Source: Octopus vulgaris
Lineage: Eukaryota
DNA length: 64,000 nt
NCBI GenBank assembly: GCA_951406725.2
Contig: OX597827.1
Location: forward strand, 26,412,001-26,476,000
Direction of reading: 5' to 3'
The notes beneath the pieces are model-generated. The model had not been told where the DNA came from, made no database searches, and saw nothing but the letters and a program-made list of their open reading frames with translations. Below, piece after piece: positions 40,856-53,118 of the stretch (positions are counted from its first letter, which is position 1; every line of letters begins with the position of its first letter). The position numbers and the translations under genes are program-made.

Positions 40856-41237
40856 GGAGGCGCAATGGCCTAGTGGTTAGGGCAGCGGACTCGCAATCGT
40901 AGGATCGCGGTTTCGATTCCCAGACCGGTCTTTCTGAGTGTTTGTTGAGCGAAAACACCTAAAGCTCCACGTTGCCACGACAGGGGGTGGTGGGGAACCC
41001 TGCTATACTCTTTCACGACAAATTTCTCTCGCTATTTCTCCCTGTTTCTGTTGTACCTGTATTTTCAAAGGGTCAGCCTTGTCACACTCTGTGTCACGCT
41101 GAATCTCCCCCAGAATTACATTAACGGTAAACGTATGTACGGAATGCTTAGCCACTTACACGTTAATTTCACGAGTAGGCTGTTCCGCTGATCGGATCAA
41201 CTGGAACCTTCGTCATCGCAACCGACGGTGTGCCACG
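40856..41237 (+). mobile_element. tRNA-derived SINE, family C (full length)
   Basis: GGAGGCGCAATGGCCTAGTGGTTAGGGCAGCGGACTCGCAATCGTAGGATCGCGGTTTCGATTCC tRNA-like head with A and B boxes; the body is shared with copies at 12.8, 28.1 and 31.7 kb. Confidence 0.88.
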
Positions 41238-42306
41238 ATTTATCTTTATTTTTTCTTACTTTTCTTATATTCTTCTTATTCTTATTTTAATCTTTATTAT
41301 TCCATGTTTGGTCAATCTTCACATTGTAATTGTCGACATTTAAGCTGCATATTTTCCAAAATTTGAATGTCTTATGATTCCCGTTTTCACCTGTTTTCTA
41401 TTCCCTATATAAGTGTGTACGCGATATTAATATTTTAGCCATGGTGATAAGACATAAAATGAATCTCGGAGAAAAATAGTATGAATATTTTCACAAACAT
41501 GCATACGCACACCTACATATACATACACCACGCATAGGCACTGCGCACATGCACACTTATATAGAGATATACAACGCATACGCAGGCACAAACGTGTTTC
41601 AGCCTCAATACGCATCATCAGTGCAACAGTTTTATTCTCTTGAATCTCGCTACATAAAATGCTAAATATACACAACACAGAAATTATCTATGGCTTACAG
41701 AAAGTTATATTATACACAAATACACACACACATACATATATATATATACATACAAACGTACATAAATGCAAGCATGCATACATACGTACATACGTGCCTA
41801 CATACATATATACACACACAAAAGGATAATTAGAAATGATAGGTAGGAAGAGGAACTGATAGTGTGGGAAGAAGGACAGAGGAAGAACGTAAGCTCTTGT
41901 AGGGTTGATGTTAGCTCAAAGAAAGTTCTGATGAGAAGATTTATTTCCGTTTGATATAGGATTCAATCAGAAGTGAAAACAAAAGAGGAAACACGAGTAG
42001 TAAATTAAGGTCGCTACATTTTTTGTATATAAAACATTGTTCTTTTGGTCTTCATTAAGACTCGAAGAAGAACTTTTGTCAAATAATATGTTTTTAAACA
42101 GTATTGAGTAATCATTCAGTTAAATTGTTTTTATATATGTGTAATATATATACATATATACATATATATATGTACATATATATGTGTGTATATATATACA
42201 TTCATGTATGTGTATGTATATATATTCATATATATGCATGTGTATATATATACACATACATATGTATATATATATGTGTATATACACACATACATATGTA
42301 TGTATG

Positions 42307-42364
<58 letters not shown>

Positions 42365-42366
<2 letters not shown>

Positions 42367-42800
42367 AAGTTGGAGAAGATTATAAATATTGTCAGGAAGC
42401 CACTAGAGTTGGTTGGGGACTTCCTGTACCCGGAAACAAAGATTGAGAACACAGAGGTTAATATAGTTGAGAAGAAGTGTAAAGTTTGGGCTGCATGCTA
42501 CAGTTTGAGATCTGTATGGAAATCGGACCTTCGTAAAGACCTGACGATCCGTCTCTTCATTGCTGAACTGGGTGAAAAGAACACAGATGCGACTGAGCTT
42601 AGCTGGATATGTTCACCACGATTCAGAGTTGATAGTGCACTCAGTACTCCAATGGGAACCCCTAGAGAGACATCATAGAAGAAGGGGACCGAAGTTTAGA
42701 GATGTGGATGTACTAAGGACAGACAGTGGTCCCTGGGAAATGTAGGACATGGCAGCAGTGATGAAGAACATGGACCGCTGGAGATAACTCGTCCATGGAT
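42365..42800 (+). pseudogene. Degenerate 3' fragment of an RTE-clade LINE ORF
   Basis: LELVGDFLY...[17 protein letters not shown]...IRLF and [22 protein letters not shown]...RRGPK...DVLRTD resemble the RTE post-RT region. Confidence 0.7.
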
Positions 42801-43049
42801 CTCGGGAATTTTACCCACCATAGATAGATAGAGTGCAACGTTGTGTCTTAATGACCACGATTTTAGTGCGGTGTAAAATAGCAACTCAGATTGATCTAAC
42901 TTAGTTGACGCTTTAGAATGCTTAATAGTTGAGATTTGGACAGTTAATTAATGGTATAATACATTTATCAAATACTTTTGTGAGTGTATATATATATGTG
43001 TGTGTGTGTGTATGTGTGGGTGCGTGTGTTTGTGTTTGTGTATGTAGTA

Positions 43050-43235
43050 AATCCAAAAAAACGAAGAACAAAAACAAAAAAACAACAACACGAAGACGTG
43101 GTACATGTAAAGTGTTAGCAGACGCTCAGGGAAGGAAAGAAAGGTGACTTTACATTTCGAGTATATCCTCTTCTTCAGAAACAAACCAAAGAAAAGGAAG
43201 ACAGAGGAAAAAGATCGCCAACGATTCACATGTGG
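43050..43235 (-). mobile_element. Short PLE pseudo-LTR-related fragment with a hammerhead-like motif (43147-43182)
   Basis: Minus strand GTTT-CTGAAGA-A-GAG-GATATA-CTC-GAAA-TG-TA-AAGT, followed by CCTGAGCG...CTAACAC as in the pLTR; homologous to 47660-47855. Confidence 0.7.
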
Positions 43236-43244
43236 TTATATATA

Positions 43245-43450
43245 TATATATTATATTAAATTAGAGATAAAGCCACTATTAGGCAAATCAAACAGTGAAA
43301 ATCATAAGCCAATACATAGAAAAAAATCAATAAAAATATATAATATAAATATAAAAAATATATAATATAAAATTCAAAATTAAAATATTTAAATTAAAGT
43401 TAAAATTTAAAAAATTATTTAAATAATTTAAAGTTATAAATTTTAAATAT
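43245..43450 (+). repeat. AT-rich interspersed repeat, copy 1 (inverted partner at 45165-45335)
   Basis: CCACTATTAGGCAAATCAAACAGTGAAAATCATAAGCCAATACA; its reverse complement lies at ~45262-45305. Confidence 0.85.
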
Positions 43451-43985
43451 ATATATATATATATATCCTTGCTCCCTACTTTTCTTTTTCTTTCTCTTTC
43501 TTCCGTGCTCTCACGTGACCGCATTCAAACCGGTCTTTTCGGCTTGACTGCTGCCATGTTAACGTTTGTTTTCGTTTTGCCGCAAAGGCATTTTTCATAT
43601 ACGCCAGCCAAGATAAGTTAAAAATTGTCTAAAGACGTAAGACGCCCGCTGTTTTTGTCCTGCATACCATTCTTATTTTTTTTATTTTTTGTTTCTTGTA
43701 TTTATATTCGTGTGGCATCCTGTCTTTGTTTCGTATACATTCGATCCTCTTTCCAAGAAATCTAATGCCTGTGGCTTAGTTTTTCATTGGGGCTGGCCGG
43801 TTCGGAGTGATATCGAGATTAAACAGCCGAAATTGCTAAGATGATCCGGTTCCGACTGAAGATTAGAGGCTTCGAGTGACCCGTCTGTTTTTTTGTGTCA
43901 TCTCTTTGTGTGTTTTTGCGTTCTTCTTCCACTTTGTAATTTATATTTTATATTTAATTTCTATACATATATATATATATATATA

Positions 43986-44692
43986 TAAGAAATATTGAAT
44001 TTCTAAATCTCTCGTAGAGACATGTACGGTGGCGGGGCGATAGAATGGTTGTATACTGTCAATCTAACAAGAACCTGACAGTAGGGGGTACACCACCGCT
44101 GTATAGCCCTAGGAAGCATCGAACGCCTCCTGATGGCTTTGACACATCTTTCCCTGTGTCCTTATATACATATACGAAGGGAGACAAACACCCCCGGCTG
44201 CCGGAACTGCATCTAGGGACACCGTGTTTCAGGATCGTTGTCCTTCATCGGCCTAGAGTAGCAGACACCGGTCAGCTGGTGATATTTGCCTCGACTTCGT
44301 AATTGTATATATCTATATTCAGTGAAGTCTATTCACTGATTATCAAAATCACGAGAATCTACGAGAGATTTAGAAATTCAAAATTTCTTATTTTGATAAT
44401 CAGTGAATAGACTTCACTGAATATAGATATATACAATTACGAAGTCGAGGCAAATATCACCAGCTGACCGGTGTCTGCTACTCTAGGCCGATGAAGGACA
44501 ACGATCCTGAAACACGGTGTCCCTAGATGCAGTTCCGGCAGCCGGGGGTGTTTGTCTCCCCTTCGTATATGTATATAAGGACACAGGGAAAGATGTGTCA
44601 AAGCCATCAGGAGGCGTTCGATGCTTCCTAGGGCTATACAGCGGTGGTGTACCCCCTACTGTCAGGTTCTTGTTAGATTGACAGTATACAAC

Positions 44693-44699
<7 letters not shown>
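43986..44699. mobile_element. Near-perfect palindromic element (308-bp arms) in (TA)n carrying a well-formed hammerhead ribozyme in each arm
   Basis: 44041-44348 is the reverse complement of 44391-44699 (one homopolymer indel seen); 43986-44018 is mirrored at 44358-44390. Confidence 0.9.
44482..44527 (+). ncRNA. Type I hammerhead ribozyme (mirror copy at 44212-44257, minus strand)
   Basis: TCTAGG-CCGATGA-AGGA-CAACGA-TCCT-GAAAC-ACGGT-GTC-CCTAGA: 6-bp stem I, 4-bp stem II, stem III, GUC cleavage triplet; one core variant (U4C). Confidence 0.8.
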
Positions 44700-44757
<58 letters not shown>

Positions 44758-44920
44758 TGATTCTAGTTTCAGCTCATGAGCTGTGGCCATGCTGGGGCAT
44801 ATATTGATTCGCCATTATATATATTATATTTATTATAATATTTTTTTTTTATTTTTTTTTTATATATTTATTTTTTTTTTATTAAATATTTCTGATTACT
44901 TATTAAAATATTACAATTAA

Positions 44921-45011
44921 CCTGAAGATTGACTGTAACCATAATTCGAATTATTAATTGAATTTAAATTATTGTTATTTGAATTGGCTACGTGCATGAA
45001 ACAATCGTAGT
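44921..45011 (+). ncRNA. Degenerate hammerhead-like motif with long AT-rich stem II
   Basis: C-CTGAAGA-TTGACTGTAACCATAATTCGAAT...ATTTGAATTGGCTACGTGCAT-GAAAC-AATC-GTA-G. Confidence 0.45.
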
Positions 45012-45116
45012 GTTTTTACTATTTATATTATATTAAACTTTTAATACTTTTTGATAGTATTAAAAGTTTACAAAAAAATAAATAAAATAAAATAAAATAA
45101 TAATAATATATATATA

Positions 45117-45164
<48 letters not shown>

Positions 45165-45165
<1 letters not shown>

Positions 45166-45335
45166 ATATTTAAAATTTATAAGTTTAAATTATCTAAATA
45201 ATTTTTTAAATTTTAACTTTGATTTAAATATTTTATATTTTTTATATTTATATTTTATATTTGTATTGGCTTATGATTTTCACTGTTTGATTTGCCTAAT
45301 AGTGGTTTTATCCCTAATTTAATATAATATATATT
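45165..45335 (-). repeat. AT-rich interspersed repeat, copy 2
   Basis: Reverse complement of 43245-43450 with indels. Confidence 0.85.
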
Positions 45336-45398
45336 TATACTATAAAATTGGATTTAATCCTAAATCTAATTTTTCCCTGTAAGTTTAGATTTACTCCC

Positions 45399-45465
<67 letters not shown>

Positions 45466-45643
45466 GTATATATGTTTGTATGTCTGTCCATATGTTTACA
45501 CGTACATGCAACCAACATTCGTTACTACAGTACCTAAAAACCTAAAAGAAACAACGTCAATACTTCGTAAATTGTAAAATAATAACACCAACAAAACAAC
45601 AGTAATGTTCATAATAATAATGATGATAATAATAATAATAATG

Positions 45644-45686
<43 letters not shown>

Positions 45687-46163
45687 TAACAATAACAATA
45701 ATTAATCACAACCACTTTGGTCACTAATGAGTTTCTCTGTCACAACAGATTTCGGTGTATTGTCTACATAAGTAGTTCCCTCTTTAGTAAAGTGCTGTCG
45801 TTTTAGTAGAACCAGATTGCAAGTCTCTCGTCTATTGATTGGTAGGAATTTCTGTGTTTGATCAGATTTATTAACGATATTTAGAAAGTGTTATCCACTC
45901 AGTCTCTGTATTGAATTGACCTATGTTTCTGCTTTTAGCTTATTTTTTTAGTTTTATCTTTTGTTTGGTGTTTTTGTGCTTTAGTTTTTGTAGTTATTTC
46001 CTTTCCTTTTCTGTTTTGTTGTAAATACGATAAAGGAGATGTGAATTTTCACTATAAAAACATAAATAAAAGATGTTTTATGTATAAAAGTATGAGTGTA
46101 TGCATGCATATCTATCTGTCTCTATATATATATGTATATGTGTGTCCCTGTTTGTAGCATATG

Positions 46164-46239
<76 letters not shown>

Positions 46240-46307
46240 CGTATACATATGTATATACACATATATACCCATGTATATGTGCGGATGTGTGGAAATTTCG
46301 TTCATCT

Positions 46308-46338
<31 letters not shown>

Positions 46339-47029
46339 AATTGTTTGTTATATGCAACAGATTCAGTATTTGATAAAAATAAACATATTTGTATCATACT
46401 AAATGTAGATGCATCGTAGAAAGCAAATTCACTGTGGTATATGTTCTGTGATGATCTTTCTAATGGCTGTTCTATGTGTAGAAGCACAATACATATACGA
46501 AAATCATTCAAGTAGCGGTTTGGTAAAAACCCTATTTGCGCATTTCCTCCTTGTTGTGTGTTATCAGTAGTATATACACACAGACGACCATATGCATAGA
46601 CGAAATCTGTCGCCACCGACGATATAGCAACATATTGAATGAACATTCAGTGGCTTTAGAAATAGCCACCAAGCTGAAAAAATATCCGTTTGTGCATCTG
46701 GCATTTCTACAAGACGTTGCTAGGATGGTGTTTCGTCTGCCTTCGATATATATTCTGTTTTTAAACACAGCACGTCCATATAAAAAACATTATCGCAGGA
46801 CGAATACTGCAGTGAATTCGCTTTTCGCTCTACCTCTACATTAAATATGATACTCAGAAACTCATAGTACTACAGTAACTGTCTGTTTCCCTCTTTCTCT
46901 CTTGTTCCCTCTCCATCTGTGTGCATGCATATATATTTATATTTAGGTATGTATAGGGATTGAGGAGTAGCAAGAGAGTTAGCTTCCAGCAATCCGTAGT
47001 AAGTATAAAAAGACAACTTTCAGGGACAA

Positions 47030-47506
47030 TAGTGGTTTATTGAAACGGAAAGTTGTGGATTTTTTTCGTATCGAAATCTTCCATGTGTTGGTATGGACCT
47101 CCTGGCGGCAATGTAGAATGTCATTTAATCAAAATATCCTCGGTCTGAAGAATAGCCTGCGTCATACCCCTCGCCTGGATATTTACCACTTTTTAGCCTC
47201 CATTCGCTACGAAACACACATGCATTGGTTTTCTGACATAAAATGTGCAGTCAGATTGCAATGCTTGTCACTTCTATGGCGAGTGAGAGAGTGGCAAAAT
47301 GTCGTACAAGCTTTTATACAAATATTTCGCTATCATTTCATTACTTGATCTGTTTTGCATTTTACTAATCTTTTGTCTTTTGTAAAAAATGTTATGGAAG
47401 TGTCGCGGTTTTATTTTTGTAGCCTAAGGAAAAGTCTCTTTTTTTTCAAAACATGAATTTAATGGCTCTTTGCAAATGTACTCGTTTTCCACGTTCAAGG
47501 GGTTAA
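47030..47506 (+). mobile_element. Possible piggyBac 3' relic (Cys-rich C-terminus + right end)
   Basis: Frameshifted IRYETHMHW...R/CNACH...AKCR...FH resembles the piggyBac RxDxxxHW...RCxxC...CxKC...YH domain; the segment ends in AAGGGG|TTAA at 47497-47506. Confidence 0.45.
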
Positions 47507-47594
47507 ATCTTTAAATGATAATCTAGTTAGTGATAAAAATTTTTGTAAAATTGTTTCAACAAGAAATCGAAACCGAATCTCAACATATGTAAAG

Positions 47595-48110
47595 CTGTGA
47601 GGTAAAAAGTTTGCTTTTCAACCACGTGGTTCCCAGTTCAGTTCCACCGCCTATATATAGTTAATACAAACATGAAAACACAACAATACGCGGACGTGGA
47701 ACAAGTATAGTATTATTGGACGCTCAGGAAAGAAGGAAAGAAGGAGGGTTTAACGTTTCGAGCGGATCTCTTCGTCAGAAACATAGGAAAAGGAAAGATC
47801 CAAAGAAGGGAAGACAGAGGAAAAAATCGCCAACGGTACACACGCGGTCACAAAGACACACGCGGGCACAAATACGCGTAAATACACATACAAGATGTAT
47901 ATATATATATGACCTTCACCACCTCTTGACAACCGGTGCTGGTTTGTCTTCGTCCCCGTAACTTAATGTTTTGGTAAAAGAAGCCAATAGAATAAGTACC
48001 AGGCTTTGAAAATAAATAAATACTGTGATCAATTTATTCCACAAAAATTCTTCAAGGTGGTGCCCAAGCATGGCCGCTGTCTAATGACTGAAACCAGTAA
48101 GAGGTAAAAT
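47595..48110 (+). mobile_element. Family B SINE interrupted by a PLE-type hammerhead fragment
   Basis: Head at 47595-47650; body resumes at ~47925 (TTGACAACCGGTGCTGG...CCCCGTAACTTAA...AGCATGGCCGC...AATGACTGAAAC). Confidence 0.75.
47660..47855 (-). mobile_element. Short PLE pseudo-LTR-related fragment with a hammerhead motif (47748-47782)
   Basis: Minus strand GTTT-CTGACGA-A-GAG-ATCCG-CTC-GAAA-CG-TT-AAAC, then TTCCTGAGCG...TAATAC. Confidence 0.78.
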
Positions 48111-50059
48111 ATAAAAAATGAAAGATATGCTTTGTTCTGTTTTTTTTTCATTTTTTTTTCGGATTCATTGATGTAACAATCTAACTTGAGATTAATTTCT
48201 AATCGGATTAAAAGCAAAATCACTTTTGGATTTTTAAAAATAGTTTTCAGTTGACTAAGATAGAAATACAATGTGATGTTGGTCATTAGTAAGAAATCTT
48301 ATTCAATCTCTTTCAACAGTTTCGTAAAACTTCTTCGTTAATCCTTCGCAACCGTTGGCAATGACGTAATAAAATTAGACGTCGATGCTTACAGTTCCAT
48401 GTAGAGCATGTAATCGTTATCAGAGAATTACTGAATCTAGGAAGTACCCAGGGACGGGTGCTGCATGGAAGGTTAATAGTAAAGAGGGCACTAGCGTCTA
48501 GGATGCAGGAAACCGTAAACTTTGGTATCGTTAATTACATAATTTGTAATCTATGACCAAGTCTGGCGAGACTGAACAGAATAAACTTATTCTGAAACAT
48601 CCGCGCGCACGCTCACACGCACACACACACACACACACAGAGACTCGCACATACACACACACACACATAGGCTCGCACACACACACACACACACAAACAC
48701 GCAAACACGTACGCGCCTACACATGCATACACCCACAGACATACACATGCACTGACACAAACACATACACACACACACATAGATAGATGCACACTCGGAC
48801 ACATACATACGCACGCACACACACACATTTACACACACACACACACACACACATATAATCACTTGTAAAAAGCGAAGAAACACATACAGAAATATATGCT
48901 TGCTTTTTTATAAACTATTACTGCTGCTACTACTACTAATGCTGCTGCTGCTGCTGCTACTGCTACCATTACTGCTGCTACTATCTGCCACTATCTGCCA
49001 CTATTCTTCCGCCTCCGTTTCATCATCTTCATCTCCTCCTGCCCTCCTCAAATTCTTCCTTCTTTTTTTTCTTGCTGCTTCTCCTCTTCATCCTCTTCTA
49101 TTGCTATTGTTACCGCTTTTAGAGTTACCACTACTTCTGCCCCACTACCTTCTTTGCTTCCTCATACTACTTCTTCTCCTACCTTCCCTCTCCCACCACC
49201 TTCTTCTTGTTCCTCTTCTTTTTAACCATTAAGCGACCATCTTGTATGCATTTGCATCATACCTCTGTCTACTGGTAACAACGAAAGGCGGTTTCCTTCC
49301 CAAAATCATAGTAACTCTATTGTTCACCTATTGCTTTCTATTTCTAGCAGAGCAATCAACCATTTAAAAGAAACCAGACACCCACGTTCGTTGGCTCCTT
49401 CAACTAGTTTCAACATTTCTGTCTATTGTTACAACCGACAGCATATTTAAATCTGAAATCTTAAGAAATCCATTGGTTTCCTAACACCAGCGCACAACTT
49501 TTGGATGATTCATCCGTATTAGAGGAGACACAGAAGCTTTAGTTATATCATCGAATGCTATAAAACCGACGCAGATAATTCCATTTCTTTGTTAGACCAA
49601 ACTAATGGAAGTGAAGCCGTATTACGTAAATGTGTGTGTGTGTGTGCATGTAAATGTCGGCATTGATGTCACACACTTGCCTTTATTCAACAATCTACTA
49701 CAGTAATTAAACCGAGATGACAAGTTAGTGATTGAAAAAGCATGTTTTACATAATCACAACTGAAATATTTAGCCATTGTTTATTAAATTCCTCATTCGT
49801 TAATGGGTCTTCCTCGATTTCGACGATGAGTGTTCCAGTTGCGCGATGTCTTCCGAAGAAGTGTCTAATTTTAGCGCGTAATCAAGATTGGAATCCACAG
49901 AGAACTAATTGATCTTGGGCCTACCTGCGACAGAGTAGCGTCATTTATAAGGGTTTCGCATATTGGCACAAAACCAGCAATTTTTTGCGTGGAGAGGAAT
50001 GGAGGAGAAGGAAATATAGGATATCATTAATTCCAGTAGACAGAAATTGGTTTAGTAGT

Positions 50060-51735
50060 CAAATAATATACTAAGAAATATTAATAGCAAAATCAGAGAA
50101 GCTCCTGTGCTACAAAAGTAGAATAATAACAATACTGGAATAGATTAAATGATAAGCATAGCGCTAGATTTACGCATTTCGATATAGATTTTTATTCCTT
50201 TCTATAGAGATCACTGCTTGATAATGCGATGCAGTTTGCTAAAACATATATTGATATACAAATAGAGACCTAGAATTTATGATGCATGTGAGAAAGCCAC
50301 TTCTATTTAGTAAGGGCTCAGCGTGGGTTAAAAATTCCGGCACAGATAAATCGTTCAATGTAACGATGTGATCGTATGGCAGTGCTGCTTACGTCTATAA
50401 TCTTCTACGCCTCTATATATTAAATACATTGAGATCTAAGGTCCTATCCCACGCAGGTGCTCTAAACCGAGACGATGGTTTGAGAATTTCTCGTGGCTAC
50501 GACGGATATACTCTTGATAAATTGTGGAAAAACTCATTGCTACCTTTAGTCAATTGAGACTCAAAATCAGTAATACGATAATGTCAAACGGCAATCTTTT
50601 AGAATTTTCCCTACATCTAAACACACACACTTATAAATGTACCGTACGCCCGACATAAAACTTTTCTACATACACAGAAAGTCCTGCCCCCTCCTGTACT
50701 GTTTAAAGACCTAATGGATAACATTAGCATTGGGATATCCAAACTCACTTCTTCAAAAGAATTTTTTGATAAGGCAGCGCTCTATTATGAAAATAGCCCA
50801 GCTAATAGTGGTTTCAAGGATAAGTTATATTACAACACTTCTAGTAATGATACGAACAATAAAAATAGACTTAAAAATAGACCTAGGAAAATAATTTGGT
50901 GTGCCCCTCTTCCCTAAATGTTAAAACTAACGTAGGTAATAGATTCCTGTCTCTCTTAGATAAGTGTTTCCCAGGAAATCAGAAATACAGGAAAATATAG
51001 CTACTGCCCCAATATGAAGTGTATTATTACCCGCAAACACGACCAACAGCCCACTCCCGGTTGAAACAGTCGAGTACCTGGAACTTGTCCACTCGATCGG
51101 GGCTGTATGACAAACTGTCTTACATATGAGGAAAAAGTCACAACAACGCTACATGATAACATAATAGAAGAACTATTATTACATCGGGTTATGTGAAGGC
51201 AACTTCAAAACTTGCTATGCCAATCTCTTATGTTCTTTCCAGTACGTGGACAAAAGTCAAACCACTAAGTTGTCTAGCCACATATGGAGTTTGAAACCAT
51301 ACAATTAAGTGGTAAATCGTACAAAACTCCAAGTCGTGTGTAAATGATAGAAAAAAAAGCGCTTTTTAGATCTAAGAATTACACTGCATTGCTGCAATTC
51401 AGATCAGAAATTTTCAGAAATGCAAACACATGAACAAGTTATTTTGGGCGATTTAGAGAAAACTATCATCTCCATATTTAGCAGCTGTATCGCAGACTTT
51501 AGAAACCTTCCGTTGATTCTACACCATCTAGACTTACGTCTCTTTTGCACTATGCCACTTTTTGAACTCAACTTCCTCAACATTTTTTCTCGTGACTTCT
51601 CCTGTTGCATTGTCCTGATCTGTAACATCAACACGCCATGTACTCACAAACCGGTGATTACTTGGAGACACTGGGCATTCTTTAAAACCTGCTTAGATAA
51701 CATCTTCAATGCGTGAAACTGTTAGTAGCTCATAA
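50060..51735 (+). pseudogene. Heavily degenerate Penelope-like element of a second type (RT + GIY-YIG relic)
   Basis: Fragments read FDI.(F)YPSI-like (50178), HVRKPLLFSKGSAWVK...FNVTM*SYG (50280-50380), LNRDDGL (50462), RPRKIIWCAP (50880) and YYIGLCEGNFKTCYAN (51175-51225). Confidence 0.8.
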
Positions 51736-51761
51736 GTATATACTGCTTAATTTAAACAATG

Positions 51762-51812
<51 letters not shown>

Positions 51813-51891
51813 AATTGCAGCATAGAATGTGTGTATAAGCCATTTAAAAACACACAAAAACCGTTAGTTTCACTTCAATATTTAAATTTAA

Positions 51892-51943
51892 TTTGTCAAA
51901 ATGTTTTCGTCGCTTTGAAACCGCGACCCTTTCGCTGACAAAA
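51892..51943 (-). ncRNA. Divergent hammerhead-shaped motif in a short TA-embedded element (51810-51955)
   Basis: Minus strand TTTGTCA-GCGAAAG-G-GTCGC-GGTTTCAAA-GCGAC-GAAA-ACAT-TT-TGACAAA: stems I and II and GAAA are in hammerhead register, but the CUGANGA box is altered. Confidence 0.4.
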
Positions 51944-51950
51944 TTCTCTG

Positions 51951-52039
<89 letters not shown>

Positions 52040-52071
52040 ATATGTGTGTGTATATATGTATATATATATAT

Positions 52072-52102
<31 letters not shown>

Positions 52103-52273
52103 CATATATATGTATATATATACATATATATATATATAAATATGTGTGTGTATATGTGTACTTATGTGTATAATGTGTATATGTATGCGTATTTATATAT
52201 GTCTGTATATATAGTCAATCCAAACAAGAACAAGCAAGAAAAAACAATAATGCGTGGACGTGGAACAAGTAAT

Positions 52274-52320
<47 letters not shown>

Positions 52321-52323
<3 letters not shown>

Positions 52324-52908
52324 ATATAAATAAAAGGGGCAGGCAACAGGTTGCTTAGACACATACTGAGAAATTAGAAATAGCAGTCAAAGACTATTTA
52401 TTTCTATTTTCTACAAATGGGACTCCACATACGACATATCCCTGCAATCCACAAATGCAAAACACAAGGAAGAAATAACGAAAGTAAAGTCTAAGTGTTA
52501 TTTACGAACGCGATTCTGGATTAGGAATATAAAATCCATATCCTTCATCAACGTAACTCTCCACTTCGATAGATCTTTCAAATACCATGCATACCTCTAC
52601 CTCCCGAGCTACGATTGAATTCGCATTTTCCTTCCAACATTCTACCATGCGTATTACAAAAATAGTTCCTTAGAGATAGAACTATGGGTTGTCATAAGGG
52701 AGTGAAAATTTCAATTAGTAATATAATAAGAGTAAATAATAATTTTAATAGTTTATAAAAAAACCATCAATTATTTACGGGTAGATTTCGGCATGCAAAT
52801 ATAACCATTAACGGTAGGCACTTTTATAAAAATAGTTCAATATATATTTTTGTATATAAATAAAAGGGGCAGGCAACAGGTTGCTTAGCCACATACCGAA
52901 AAATTAGA
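52321..52908 (-). mobile_element. Short element with ~58-bp terminal direct repeats and an internal minimal hammerhead-like motif (52503-52555)
   Basis: TGTATATAAATAAAAGGGGCAGGCAACAGGTTGCTTAG... at 52321 and 52851. Minus strand TACG-TTGATGA-AGGATAT...TAATCCA-GAAT-CGCG-TT-CGTA. Confidence 0.7.
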
Positions 52909-53068
52909 TATATACATACATGTATCCATACGTACCCGTGCACACACATTCACTCCCTCTCACAACATACACATGTATGTATGTATGTGTGTGTGTCGTG
53001 AAAATCGCCGATAAGAAATTTTTGCCAGTCGTGAATTGTAGGGAAAATATATGTTGGACAATGTATAG

Positions 53069-53118
<50 letters not shown>

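Noticed and set aside
40856-40930. tRNA-like sequence
   Set aside because: It is the head of a SINE: it continues into a body shared by other copies, with no proper acceptor stem or terminator.
43790-43885. GAAA...TA...CTGAAGA arrangement suggesting a permuted hammerhead
   Set aside because: Stem I cannot be paired convincingly; left as an unclassified repeat.
44045-44695. Twin ORFs MVVYCQSNKN... on opposite strands
   Set aside because: A by-product of the palindrome; no recognisable protein.
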